The notes under the pieces are model-generated. The model did not search any database. It was given only the letters and a program-made list of their open reading frames with translations, and was not told the origin of the DNA. Positions 1 through 13,149 of a DNA stretch of 64,000 nt are shown in pieces. Made by a program: the position numbers and the translations under genes. Origin of the DNA: Lama guanicoe (taxonomy: Eukaryota); the NCBI GenBank assembly GCA_013239625.1, contig MU054187.1:8761231-8825230 (forward strand), read 5' to 3'. Each line of letters opens with the position of its first letter. Position 1 is the stretch's first letter.

Positions 1-120
1 AAAAAAAATGTGACAATGAGTGTGCATATGCCCATGAATGACTGAAAAATTGTGCTGAACACTGGAATTTGACACAACATTGTAAAATGATTATAAATCA
101 ATAAAAATGTTAAAAAAAAA
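1..120 (+). mobile_element. 3' end of a young camelid-type LINE-1 (3' UTR, AATAAA, A-tail), cut by the window edge
   Basis: ...ttgacacaacattgtaaaatgattataaatcaataaaaatgtt(a)n is a cetartiodactyl-type L1 3' terminus. It is almost identical to the reverse complement of 30601-30720. Confidence 0.85.
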
Positions 121-379
121 GAAAGTAGATCTGAACTTGACACTTACAAATAGTAGAAAGTTTATTTGTACAAGTTTATACTTTCAGTTTTCTTTCTTTT
201 ACATTTTGCTTTTTGGAACCGTTCTGCTTAGTAATACTAACTTGTTAGAAGGTGTACTCACGTTTTGCCACTTTGGTGATTTGCATACTTTGTTACTCTG
301 CCAAGTTTACTGATGTTCACCGACACTTGTTTTTCTAAATAGAAAATAAAGTTTGATTGATTACAAAAAAAAAAAGAAT

Positions 380-570
380 TATATTGACAACAAAACCTTT
401 AATAATATGATGTCAACTATGTAAAAATCATTTATACATTTACTTATTCACAATATGGGAAAATATATTAAAATATTTTAGTACTATCTTTAGATTGTGG
501 GATTATGGGAGATTTTTGTTTTCTTTTCTAAATTTTCCAGAATTTTCAAAATTTCCAGATTATATGACTT
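380..570 (+). mobile_element. Old L1ME/L1MC-like 3' UTR fragment
   Basis: Degenerate 'tatctttagattgtgggattatgggagatttttgttttctt...ttttccagaattttc' resembles ancient L1 3' ends. Confidence 0.45.
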
Positions 571-1964
571 AGACAGTCAGTAAACAGAATCCATAAAACA
601 TTATTTAAAGAAAAAAGTAATTGTGTCCAGTGTAGCATTTTCAAATGCAAAGTAAGACAGAAATACATTAATTAGAAAAGAACAACCTCACATCAAGGCT
701 GAATTGTGTTTTTCTTACAACACATATATTCAGATATTTATTTTTCACTAATCTAGGCATCATAACCCACGAAATATGAATAAGAAAAGCCTTTTGTGTG
801 ACAGAGTCAATTCTGCAAAATTGTGCGATAATGACTTCGGTGGGAACTAACAGATCTGCCAACATAACCTTCTCTCCATTTGTCACTCAGCTATTTGTTC
901 TTTCAAAGCACTGTTTTTACCCTAAGGGCTAATTTCATTTTTAAAAAGAGAGAGAGAGAGAGAGAAGCAAATATGCTGATGAATTTTATGATTTTCCTGC
1001 TTTTCCCACTGCCTGAAATTCCAGCCAAGCAAGGCCAACGCTCTACCTTTGAGGGGTTGATGCGGATTGCCCCCACAAAAGCAAAAATCTTAGGCACTGC
1101 TGGCCACGAAGAAAGCTGCTGCTTGTCCAAAGAAAGGCATGAAATCAGGAGTTGACAGAGATTCTCATTCAGGAAAGAATTGTCACCATTTTTGCTGTGC
1201 TCCGGCCAGAACAACATATGGCAGCCCAGCTGACAAATATAATCTTTTCCTCTTTTTTTTCCCATTTCACATGCACATTTCGTTTGTGGAATATTAAAAC
1301 TTCACACGAAGTGCCTGTTAACCCCTTGGCACCACAGCATCCTCGTCTGGGGTGTGCTAGTTCCCAGAATCCTCCCAGCCAGCTGTGACAGGGTTAAGGC
1401 CGAGGGAGAGAGAACCAGTGGTCAGAGGCCTTCTGACCCCTCCCTGCGTCCATCGGTCCATCAGGAAGGGACGACTCTCCGCATTTCCAGGCAGAGCTGT
1501 CCTTATGTTAGAAAGTCCATAGCTTCCTGGCTGCAAGATGGACCGCCCTGCTACCCCCACACCCCAGAGCATTTCAGTTTCCCAAACGAGGTCTCTTCCG
1601 ACACAGCTGCCCTAACATCCCGCTGCTCACGGGGCCCGAAGGCCCGCTGTCCACTCCACGAGCTCACTGCAGGAGGAGAACCGGCCCCCGGGCTTTAAAC
1701 AGGAAAAGCCACTTGGTCTTCCCCACCTCCCTCTGCAGACATAAGCGTGGGGTTCGGGCTTAGACGTCTTTGTTGACAGAGACAGGGGAGGGGACCCTCT
1801 CACACTCACCCTTGACCCCCTGCAAGGCCGGGGCCCAGGCAGCCCAAACACGCTCCCAACTACACATCTCTGTCTGTGTCCAGGTACATCTTCTCTTTCC
1901 ACTCGCTCCTTTATATTTTATCTTTCATTTAGGAAGATTGCCTAGCATCAAATAAGGCACTCAA

Positions 1965-3095
1965 TATATATGCATATGTATATTTGTGGAACAGATTTCA
2001 AACACAGAAAAAATGCAGAAAATAATCATGACATATACCCATGGATTCACCGCTGAGATTAAGCCAATAATATCATTTTGCCATATTTGCATCCAATGAC
2101 TCTCTTTTAAAAAAATAAGATAAAAATGTTTCAGGAACATCTGACCCCATTCCACATTCCTCCTCTACCAGGTTAACCATGACTCTGAAATTGGTGTGCA
2201 TTTTTCCCTTGCAAGGGTTCTAATACCCACGCATGTATCCATAATGAATATATACATATACTAGTAGTTTGTCTCTTTACCATTTTCCATGAATATTTGT
2301 CACGCTGTATATAGCATTTACATGCATTTTGCTCTTAATGTTGTGTTTCTTTGTTCAGTTCATTCATGTTGATATCCACAGACTGAGGTCACAATTCTAA
2401 TTGCTCTGTACTTTCCTATCATTTCAATAAACAAAGCTTCACACGTTCCCTTAATAAGGGACAGTTAGATTATTCCATGTTTTTGCTATCATAAACAGTC
2501 CTGCTTTGAAAATCCTCGGTCATACACGTGTATGACATATCTCCTTTAGGGTGGCCATCAGTTCTCAACACTCAGCATCTTCAGTTTTACGAGACCGACA
2601 AACTGTCTTCCAAAGCGATCTTACCAGTTCTTGTTTTTGCCTTCAGTTAGGAAAGTTCCCACATTCTTGCCAACATTTGGTGCCCTCATACTTACTAATT
2701 GTTGCCAAACCATTATGTAGGTGGTAGCTTAATCCCTAATTATTAGAGGGGTGGGGCAGCTCTTCTTAAGATTATTAGACATTTGTTTCATCCACTATGT
2801 AAATTTTTGCCCATTTTTGCCCATCTGTCTTTTAGATTGTTTGCATTTTTCTTATTGATTTGTAGAAGTTCTGTGTAAATATAAAGAACAGCACTATCTT
2901 ATCTAAGCCAGTCAATAGCTGATTTTTTTGTTTTTTGTATTGTTTTCACCATATGTAAAGATTATTATTATTATTATTATTATTAAATCTAGTTAAATTT
3001 ATCCATGTCTAATGGTTTGTACTTCTTGTGTCTTCCTTAGGAAAATGTTTTCCCCATACCACAAAGCTAAAAAAAATACACTTATGTTTTCTTAT
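1965..3095 (-). mobile_element. Ancient L1 (L1ME-like) 3' UTR and ORF2 end, antisense
   Basis: T-rich antisense L1 phrases: 'ttattgatttgtagaagttct', 'cacattcttgccaacatttggtg', 'ttcattcatgttgatatc'. Confidence 0.7.
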
Positions 3096-3096
3096 A

Positions 3097-3460
3097 CAGT
3101 TGTAGTGTTTGTTTTGAAAATGTAAATTTGTTCCAAGACCATTGATATAATAAGAAAAAATATGAGCATAACACAAATTTCCAATTTGCTATGTACAATT
3201 TCGTCAGCCAGAAACACCAGGTAAATGCAGAGAACGGCACACAGCCTTACCAAGCTGTGTAGGAACACACACAGTGCATGTGCTCACATACCTCAAACAC
3301 TTACCAGCTACCTCCGCGTACAGGTGTGTTATATGCCACACCCACCCACACCTGCTGTTACAATTTTCCATGAGATTTCAGATAACCTCTCTCCGCTGCT
3401 TCATAGTAGCTCACCAGCTGAAACCCTTCTGATGTCTGCTCCACAAGCAATCTTGAGATA
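3097..3460 (+). mobile_element. MER82-like TcMar-Tigger DNA transposon, 5' part
   Basis: Matches recalled MER82 consensus: 'gttttgaaaatgtaaatttgttcca', 'gaaacaccaggtaaatgcaga', 'cctcaaacacttaccagctacctc', 'gatttcagataacc'. Confidence 0.75.
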
Positions 3461-3639
3461 CTGTAGATATTTTACAGATTTTTCTCCTTTAATGTCATCA
3501 TGTGGTGATTTAAAATAATGGATTTGTTTAAACTATCCTTGTTTTCTTGAAATAAATCCAAATTAACTATGAAATAGATATATATAATAAATATACATGT
3601 ATGTGTGTGTTATGTATTACACGCGTATATTTTTTTCTA

Positions 3640-4460
3640 TAGTTATGTTTTGACATAATTTACAAAAAGTAAAATTCACTTATTTTAATTATACAGTTTG
3701 ATGAGTTTGGCGAGATGTATCTAGCCATGTGACTACCACTGTAATGAAAACATTCCATAATCCCCCAAATCTTTGTCTTCCTGCAATCTTACTGTAGGTG
3801 TTTAGCTGTGGTTTTCTTGAATTTTATCCTACTGAAGTTCATTGAACTTCTGGGAACTGTAAGTTAACATTCTTGATGAAATTTGAGAAATTTTCAGCCA
3901 TAATTTTTCCAAGTGATTCTTTTTTCTCCTTCTGGGTGTCCAATAGCATATATGCTGGAAATATTAATATTGCCTCCTGGCTCTTGAGATGGTTCATTTT
4001 TCTTTACATGGTTTCCTTTGTGTTTTGGATTGGGTGATTTCTATTAAACTGTCTTCAGGTTACTTTATTCTTTTCTGTAATATCTCAAAAATGTTTTTTC
4101 AGTCCATCTGGTGGATTTTTCATTTCAATTATCGTTTTCAGCTCTAAAATTTCCAGTTGGTTCTTTTCACAATTTCCATTTTGCCACTGTGATTTCTCAT
4201 TGATTCTCTTATTGTTATGCTTTAATTCTTTGAACATACTTTAATCTACCCCTTTAAATATAAGATTTGCTTTGAAGTTTTCATCTACTAAATTCAGTAT
4301 CTGGACCCATTCAGAGTAACCTTATAATAACTGTATTTTTCCCCTTGCCTTGACTAAGGCTTACAAGTGCCTGTTTCTTTGTACATCTAGGGAGTTTGGT
4401 CAAACTTGAAATTGTACATAATATATTGGAGAGACTATGGACTGTGTTTTGTTCTCCTGA
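3640..4460 (-). mobile_element. Old L1 fragments (3' UTR piece followed by ORF1-region piece), antisense
   Basis: 'gtaaaattcacttattttaattatacagtttgatgagtttgg' (L1M 3' end) and 'aaatttgagaaattttcagccataattttt...ctccttctggg' (antisense ORF1). Confidence 0.65.
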
Positions 4461-4879
4461 CAACTGGAAATTAACTCCTGGGTTCTAAATGAGGAATCTG
4501 TCCCATCTGTGGTGTACAGTCACTGATGTCTCTGCCCAGGTCTTTTTTTCCTCCCATCATCTGACTTTCAGCCTGGCCCACCTAGCCATCTCCCCTCCTC
4601 CTGAGTAATTTAGTGATCGGCCAAGGGTTTGAGAAGAGGTACATTCAGTTCTACCCTTGTGCTGGGTAGGGAACTCAGTCTGTCAAAGTCTAAGCAAACT
4701 CACATTCTCACCATGAGCATCTTGCCTTTCCAGGATAGACCTCTGTTATCTTTGCATGCTTTTTCTCTGGGCACTTAGGGGACCTCTCATTTATACACAT
4801 AGCTTAGGAGTCAGCTAGATATTTGGGAAGTTTTTTCCTTAGGTTTTGGATCTTAGTCTCAGTAAAGATACCTTTATTT

Positions 4880-6000
4880 TACCCTCAATCTTGATTTACA
4901 TTTTAGGTATGTGTCAAATTCTAAATTGACAGTTCTTTTAACATTATTTTGAAGATGATATTCCATTGTCTTCTGCATGATACTGTTATTAATTAGAAAT
5001 TCACTGTCAATGTAACTTTTCTTCATTTTTAGAAAATCTGTCTTTTCCCTCTGGCTACTTTTATTATCTTCTCTTTGTCTTTGGGGTTCTGCAGATTCAC
5101 TATGATCTATTTATGTGGATGTATTTTTATTTATCTTGCTTGGAATATGTTGTATTTCTTGAATTGGTAGCTTCATGTCTGTGTTTCTGTTTGGAAAATT
5201 CTCAGCCATTGTCCTTTTAAGTATTGCCACTTCTCTTTTAATCTCCTTTTCTGGAACTCCTGTCAAATGCATGTTGATTTTTCTAATTTTATCCTCCATA
5301 ATTTTAAAACTTCTTTTCACATTTGTATCTATTTATATCTTCAAACTACTTTCTGGGTAACTGAGTTTTTTTCCCAGATATATCTTTTAGCTTGCTAATT
5401 CTTTCTTTAATTGTATTTAGTAATTGTAATAACTTATCAATGAATTAACTAATTGCTTTTGTTTTTCTGGTGATTTGAATCATCCCCCGTAAGACTACAG
5501 TCTCCATAAGAAAAAGTATAGGGTCTCAAAATTATGTCTTCATTACACAACACAAAGCTTTCCATTTGCAGGTGCAAACCAAATAAAAAAACCAATAATT
5601 GAGTCTTTATCAGCTTAATTTGCATTTCTAGAAATTCTATTTGATTCTCTTCTTATCTGTTTATTTCTCATAGTATTGTATTCTTTTCTTAAGTTTTTGA
5701 TTCCTTCTTATGTATCTTTTTATATTTACATTTTCTAGTTTTATATCTTTTTTACACGTTTTTTAATTGTTATGGTACAGGTGCAGTTTCATCATCAGAT
5801 TATTCCACCACCTAAGGCTCTAATCTTCCTGTTTACATATGAGCGTGTGTGCACGTGTGTTGACTGACTCTTGTTCATGAGGGAGTATCTCCTTATATGT
5901 TTTGTAATGTTGAACTATGAGCTCATCTACACTGAGTCTTTATCTATGGAAATTCTGTGTAATGTGGGTTGAGGAAATGTCCCTTCAGAGTTTAATACTT
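4880..6000 (-). mobile_element. HAL1/L1ME ORF1 fossil, antisense
   Basis: ORF 5111..5320(-) 'INMHLTGVPEKEIKREVAILKRTMAENFPN...PIQEIQHIPSKINK' matches the L1 ORF1p motif GVPE...IMAENFPNL...IQEAQRIPSKIN. Confidence 0.8.
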
Positions 6001-6514
6001 GCTTCATCTTAGTACCAATTTCACGTTGAATTCTTGGCTTAAGAGTTAATAGTTATAATGTTAATAGTATAACTGTAAACCCCAACTTCTCATGAAGTTC
6101 AGTTTTGGAGTTTTAAAGTCTTGTGAGATGATGATGATGATAATTTCACTGACAGTGCAATTTGAGCTTTATGCAGATATCTTAGTTCCAACTCCTCACC
6201 TCAAGTAGTCGTAAAGTCTCATTTTTTGTTGCTACGTGATTATTTGATTATTAAAATTCAAGCCCCTAGATGATTATTATGGACAACCTCCAAGAATAGC
6301 CCCAAAATTAGCTCACATGCTTATTTCTTTGTTTTATTTCTCATACGAATTTCTGGCACTTGGGGAATTTCCATTTTATTTATTGAAAACTCAGCCATGC
6401 ATGTAAATTAATGCTGCTGTAGTCTATCCAGTATATATAAATGTTTGTAGCAGGAGAATTTTATGATGATTTCGGTCCATTGTCTTACTCAAAAAGAATT
6501 CTCATTCATTCTTC

Positions 6515-7900
6515 AACTCACGCCAGTTTGGTTCTCACCCATAACATGCTCTGAAATTACTCTTGTTAGGGTCATTAATGATATTCATATTGCCAAATAC
6601 AAAGGACAATTTTCTGTCCCCTTACTCAGTTTTGAGCATTACTTAACAAATTTAACTACACCCTCCTTTTAAAAGTTCTCTAGCTTTGGCACCTGTGACA
6701 ACAAATACTTCTGCCCTTTTACATTTCCATCAGTTATTCTTTGCCTCCATGTGTCACCTTCTTCTCCTCTACTGGCTCAGCCCTAGGTGCTTCTGTCTTT
6801 CTATATTTTCTCCTTCGGTGATCTCATCCATTCCCATGGCTTTAACCAAGCACATATATGCCAATGATGCCCAAATACAAACCTCTAGTTCAAACCTCTC
6901 CTTTGAACTCCACACTCATGTATCTAGAGACTTTCCTAAGAAGTGACTACAATGTCTCACAAGCATCTCAAACATGCCCAAAATTAAAATCTTGACCCTC
7001 ACACCAACCAAATTAATTCCTCCTCTAGTCTTTTCCATTTTAGTAAACTGTTCTTCCCTCCACATTAATATCAAAGACATAAAGAATCACCCTTAATGCC
7101 AAATTTTCCCTTTCTACTTCTCCACATCAAATATATTTTTAACTCTTTGTCAATTCTTAATCCCACATACTTCTCATTTTCTCCAGTGCAACCACTATGG
7201 TTCGAACAACCAGCTCATCTCTCAACTCCTGCAATAGCCTTTTCTTTTGTCTTCTGCTTCCACTGTTTCCCCCTCTAATTCATTCTCTAAACAACAATAT
7301 AGGTAGTCGTCAAAAGTTCGAAGTAAATTCCATGACTCCCCTGGTTAAAACTCTTCAGTGGCTTCCCATTACATTTCAGGTAACATGTCAATGCCTTCCA
7401 TGGCCCCTACCCTGTATAATTTGTCCTCTGCTGCATCCTAAACTCCGCTCATACTCTGTCTGCCTTGCTTACTCATTACGCTGCAGCACACCAACCAGCG
7501 TTAAGTGCCTTGAGTCATCAAGTTCTTTTCCACGTTTAAACACGATGTTCCCATGCCCAAAATGTGTTTACTCCTGCATTAACCTCCACTCTCTCCTTTT
7601 CAACTTTTAGTTCTCAACCAAAATGTCATTTCTCCCACAGTTGAAATGTGACCTCCAGGGAGAAGTCTTTTCTGTAACTGTAGCTATACGAGGTTTTCTT
7701 CCTTATTCACTCTGTTCTTTTCCATTTCGGTCATTTCCACCATTTTTAATTATGTATACTTTCCTTGTTTCCTCACTCACACTTTGCTTTTCCACTTAAC
7801 TCTTATTTCCATGAAGATGGGGACCAAATTATTTTGTTCAACCAACAACCATCACAGTGATTGACACTTAGTTATCTTCAATAAATATTTGTGGAATAAT
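6515..7900 (+). mobile_element. LINE-2 ORF2 reverse-transcriptase fossil and 3' end
   Basis: ORFs 6463..6672 'SEITLVRVINDIHIAKYKGQFSV' and 6686..6946 'HIYANDAQIQ' resemble L2 RT (TETALxKVTND..., HLYADDSQIY). Ends in 'caataaatatttgtggaataatga'. Confidence 0.85.
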
Positions 7901-8054
7901 GACGACACTTTCTGACCAAAAAAAAAAAAAGGAAAGGAAGAAGAAAAGACAAGCATTTGTAGTGGTGGTGTTCAAAGGCAGAGAATACGAAGACTACCTG
8001 AGATCATTAACCCTCAGTGTTCATTTGCAAATATATTTGATGAATGAAGAAAAG

Positions 8055-8262
8055 TAGCACTTTTTTCTGAAGGTCCATAATATGCCGGGATATTTCACAT
8101 ATGCTGTTTTATTTAATTCTCACAGAAATATTTAAGGTGAATATTATTTTACCTAATTCATATAAGTAACCCGAACAAGAAGCATAAAGGTAAAAGGTGG
8201 GAAGAATAGACTTGGAACTAATTTTCCTGGGTCTCCTAATTTCAAACAAAGAATTCTTTCCA
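8055..8262 (-). mobile_element. MIR SINE, degenerate
   Basis: 'atttaattctcacagaaatatttaaggtgaatattattttacc' resembles the antisense MIR core. Confidence 0.55.
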
Positions 8263-9137
8263 CAAGATGATGCTCCCTTCTGGAAAAAATTTTTTTTTGG
8301 TTAAATCGGAAAATGGTGTTTGTCTGATGACATCTAGAAATTGGAAGCACATGACGCATTTTTTGGATTGTCATCTCCATGGGCACCTACTGTTTCTATT
8401 AAAGTTCATCAGCCTAACACATTAGCCTGTGCCTAGACCTGAAGTGCAGCATTGAAACAAATTTGTAAAAGAAACGTTTTTAATTGGGAAAATAAAAGGG
8501 ATATGACTGTTCTGTTGCCCAGAAAGAAAGATACCACTCCAAGCCATTACCGTAATTCATATATGAGACAGTCAATGCTTAAAGAAGAATCAGTTGTGGG
8601 TAACAGAGGAGGCATCTCGTACACGGTATCTGGAGCAGAAAGGCCATCGCTCTAACCAGACTCCTTAACTCCAGGCTCTCCCTAGGCCAAGTACAAGGTG
8701 ACTTAGAGACAGCTATATGGAGAGAGAAAGGCAGGTATAGAGACGTTTTCAACTCTGACAAGAAATCTGCTCAGGGAAGAAGATGAGCAAGCCATGGCTA
8801 ATTAGTAAGTGTAACACTGGCTCCTTAATTAAAGTCTCCCTTTGGATTCCATCTATTCCATGGAATGACATTTAATAATACTGAGTTATAGTTATGAATG
8901 AGTTTGCCCAAATGTTTTCATCTTTGATTAAGATAAGCATTGCTCATAGAGAAACAACCTTCCCAGGTTAAGTCACCTATGAATGGAGCTTCAGTAAATC
9001 TCCGTCTGGAGCTCGTCTCCTGTGGGTATGGCCTCCCAGAGAACACTCTGAGTACATACTTCTCAAAAAGCTACCAAGCAAGACCAGGGGTCCAGCATTA
9101 CTGCCGCACACTTCAACAGCAAGAATGCACATGTATA

Positions 9138-9348
9138 CACTTGACCCTTGAACAACACAGAGCCTGGGGGCGCTGACCCTGCACACAGTTGAAAACCCCG
9201 GCATAGCTTTACAGTGGGCCCTGCGCATCCACGGTTCCTCACCTGCGGATTCAGCCCGCCGGGGGTCGTGTAGTACATTATTTCCTGAAAAAAATCTGCC
9301 TACAGGTGGGCCTGTGCAGTTTAGCTCATGTTGTTCAGCAGTCAACTG
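9138..9348. mobile_element. Tigger2-derived MITE (Tigger2a_Art/MER8-like), full length
   Basis: TIRs 'cacttgacccttgaacaac' and 'gttgttcagcagtcaactg', preceded by TA. A paralogous copy lies at 13246-13480. Confidence 0.85.
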
Positions 9349-9633
9349 GACATATATTCACATATATGCCTGCAACAAAGGATGTCCCTCCACCTAGAGA
9401 GCAGCAAGAGGATGAGGAAGAGTAAATCCTTATTGAACCTGCAAGATAAGACTGCCAGTTCCCCATGCTGCCGCCTGAAATCCTCATGGCCGATCTGCCC
9501 TTGCCACCACTAAAACACTTTGTTTACAGATTAGACGTCATCCTGGCTAAGAATAATAACACGTATGGACTGCAAACAAAGCAAAGACTTGTGTTCCCTT
9601 AAGCTAAAGCCTGGTACAATCTCCTATAACACA

Positions 9634-10263
9634 CAGTCGATCCTCCTATTCACAGATTGCATATTTGCAAATTCACCTAGTCACTGAAGTCTATTTATAA
9701 CCCCAAATCAAAACTCGGGGCCCTTTCACACTCATTCACGAACATGCACAGAGCAGAGAAAATCTTGAGTTTTCCACCTTGTGAGGAGGCTGAAAACGGC
9801 GACACTGGCCCTCTGGGTCCTGCTCTCAGACTGCAGACAAGTGCCCTTTCCGAGGTATATTTACTGCCACCTTTTTCACATTTTTGTGCTTTGGAGCAGG
9901 AATCCCACTGTTTAAAATGGCCTCCAGAAGTAGTGCTGAAGTGCTAAGTGTTTCTCAGCACAGGAAGGTGGTGATGTGCCCCACAGGGAAAACCCGGGGC
10001 CAGGTGAGCTTCCTCTGGGCGGGAGTTACGGAGCCTTGGCCATGAGTTCAGGGTAAATGAGTCAGCAACGTATACCAAATCAGGTGTCTTTAAACACACA
10101 TAAAACAAACTTATGCATGATTAGGTGATGAAAATGTTGGAACCAGAGGCTGGCAGGAACCTGACCCTCTATTTCCCCTGAAAGTAATGGTTCACTATTC
10201 ACGAACTCGGTGTTTGTGGCCACTTTTTAGAACCTAACAATCGTGGGAAATGAGAAGTGGCTG
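9634..10263 (+). mobile_element. MER44/Tigger7-family DNA transposon, near full length
   Basis: Starts 'cagtcgatcctcctattcac' and ends 'gaaatgagaagtggctg'. Internal 'tgtttaaaatggcctcc...agtgctgaagtgct' and 'ggaacctgaccctctatttcccct' match the recalled consensus. Confidence 0.85.
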
Positions 10264-10529
10264 TGTTTACTAGACTGGCGCCCTCTTATTGGTATGATCC
10301 TGTGGTCCCACTCTAAGTGGCATTTGTACACTTTGTACGTAAACAGAACAAAAACAAAAACAGAAACCCACCAGCTTTGCTTATATATCGAAGGATGGGG
10401 GAGGGGCACTAAAAAATAGTCAATGAAAAACGTATTCGCCTGCCTTAGAGACTTTGGGGGGCAAAAGACTGCGAGTCGAACTCGGCACAGCCATCCTGCC
10501 CTGTCCACCATACCCATGGTAGAGACGCG

Positions 10530-10665
10530 TGGCCAAGAAGGAACAGCAGGGGGCATCCAGCTCAACCACCTCTTAACTCAGATGAGGAAACCAAGGCTAG
10601 AACCACACTCCTGGTTGGGACTAATGTAGAGCAAAAGCCCAGGTCTCCCAGCCCCCAAACCAAGT
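10530..10665 (-). mobile_element. MIR3/MIRc-like SINE fragment
   Basis: Core 'cagatgaggaaaccaaggctag' and 'cccaggtctcccagcccccaaacca'. Confidence 0.55.
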
Positions 10666-11544
10666 CTGCACGGGCTTGCCAGGCATGGTCATGGGACGAG
10701 ATTTGATTCTCTTGGTGTAATGAAAGGAGGTAAATGAACCGAGCACCAGGAGGGGGGAAGTTTGGGTGGAGAGCCAGGACCACCTGATTCTGGGGTCTTA
10801 CGTTCCTGATGTGGGGCAAACAGGCAGCTTCTAACTTTCTACTTAAAATCAGCAAACAGTCCTGATGGCACAAGACCCCGTACTAGCGCTGTGTCCCTGA
10901 ACTTCTCTACTTCCCAGCAGAGGACTTTATTGCTCTCAAGAGCAAGAGCCCTGTGTTTTCCCTGGAATGAGATGCCTGAGCCTGAACCCTGTTTGCCACC
11001 CTGTTTCAATCATATGGTTCCGGCATTCTTAAGCAGCCTAGTTTTAAGGACCCAAACCCCTTCCTCCAATAGTATCAGTCTCTCTGTCACCATTAAGCCC
11101 TTATCGCATCTGAATGGTAATTTCTTAATGGCAGAATATTCTGTAGTCTTTTTTTTAACTTTGGAAGCATAGCTAGTTGATATGTGGATTTTTCCAGATG
11201 CCTCTCTGTCAAGATGTCTAAGGATACTAGTCCCATCGAGAGGAAGAGTAATGTATTCCTGGAGCTCAAACAGCAGTCTCCCCACAGCACACGGACTACA
11301 CACAACGAAACACAGTGTGGGGACTTTTTAAAAAGATTAGCTTACACTGTGACTTCAGCAGGCTGAAACAATGTCTGCACGATGCCAAAAACATCCAGAC
11401 GGAAGCGGAGAACTCAGCCGCCACCACATGCTTCATCTGCACCGATGTCTTATGGAAACAGCCAGCACGGATCTCTGGGGCCTGGAAGAGCTGCCGGGCG
11501 AGAAGCCAGAGGGGAGAAATAGTGCCAATATATGTTTAAATTAA

Positions 11545-11755
11545 ATTAATTAACATTCCTATAACTCTCTACATGGTGTAAGGAACTTCTATCAAATATA
11601 GCGTCTCATTTAATCAGAACAACCACCCTATAAATTAGGTATTATTATTATTTGCTGTATTTTACAGACAAAAAAAATATAAGCCTCAGAAAAATTCAGC
11701 TGACACTACCAGTAAAGTGTGGAGCCAGGACTCGAACCCTGGTCTTCTCATGGAG
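11545..11755 (-). mobile_element. MIR SINE
   Basis: 'tctcatttaatcagaacaaccaccctataaattaggtattattatt...ttttacaga...ggagccaggactcgaaccc'. Confidence 0.7.
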
Positions 11756-13149
11756 TCTAATATAATGACTAAGGGCTTACTATGTGCCAAGAAATTCTTG
11801 TATCAATGAAACTATATCCTTGTTCTGTAATTAATGTCCTCTAGATAGATGTGTTGTCAAACAGAGGGAAGGCAAGTATTAATGGTTCATACTGCACTAA
11901 ATACCTGGATTTCATATATCTAGATATCTATCTATAGATAAATAGATATAGACAGATAAAGACCTATATCTACATGCAAGTCTTCACTTCTTCATGTTCA
12001 CATAGAGTAGGAGGAAACAAAAAAGAAAAACAATAGAAGTGGGGGCTAAACTGGATCTATCTGAAACTCAGTGGATTCTGTTCCACAAGGCCCTAATACT
12101 CCACACATGAGCCCAGACAGGTTTCACACACCTTCTTAGACCATCCACACCTCACGAGGCATATGCTTCGGTGAAGACAGACCATAATAATTCAATATGT
12201 TTGTAAGATGCACAAGTTGACAACGTGGGGCAAGTTGCCCATTCTGCATTCCTGAAAATGATTCTAAGTAATGGCCCTAGTTTAACAGTATTGTGCTCCA
12301 CAAAGAGAGTCCTGATAACACAATTCTGGTTCCACTTTTCTCCACCAATATATCTTTATTCACCTCTCAGTCCTCCCCTGGGGCCACAGGTAACCATGAA
12401 AGTGGCTTGATTTAAGGGCAAAAAGAAAAGACACACACAGAAATGCAGCACTGAGTTTGGAATCACCAGTTTCTACAGATTAAAAAGAAAAGAACCAAAG
12501 TTCCCTTCAGAAAACAAAGGAGCATGACATCAGACAAGAGGCAGACACACAGTCACATGCAGGGAGTTTCTCAAGTTTCATGGCAACTGGGAGACAGAAA
12601 GGAGGGGACGTATAAAAGAGTACCAATGACGTGTGTTTCCTGGGGCAAATGTAAACTCCTACAGCCTCATACCTCAAAGTCAAATCTCATATTCAGGGCA
12701 GACAGATTTTTCGAGAACATGAGTCACCTCTCCACAACAACTTATGGCTGCACCTACTGTAAGATGATTTTTGATGCTGACAGATATTCACGGATGTCTA
12801 CACTCAGCCCCCTGCCTGGACTTCCAAATTCCACCTATTCAACAGGTTCAGACAAAACAAGATTGTAAAGTTACACCCAAGTAGTCAGATTTAGGGATAA
12901 TTATGTACTTCTTAAGCTGCAAACAAAAAAACCCAGTAAGAACATATGATTCATGCCCCATTTACACAAGCATTATATTTTCAGTATCCAACATAACATG
13001 AATTATGCATGTTAGAGTTTCGTAACTTTATGTAATCCTGCACATGAAATAGGTACCCCAGGCCCTTCTTAGAATTATGTCTACCAAAGGTTTCAATCGC
13101 TAACACGACGATCATCATTACAATACTTTTAAAACACAATGTTTCACAT

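Noticed and set aside
5111..5320. ORF1p-like 69-aa ORF as a domesticated L1TD1-like gene
   Set aside because: Only a short open stretch inside a heavily decayed HAL1/L1 fossil.
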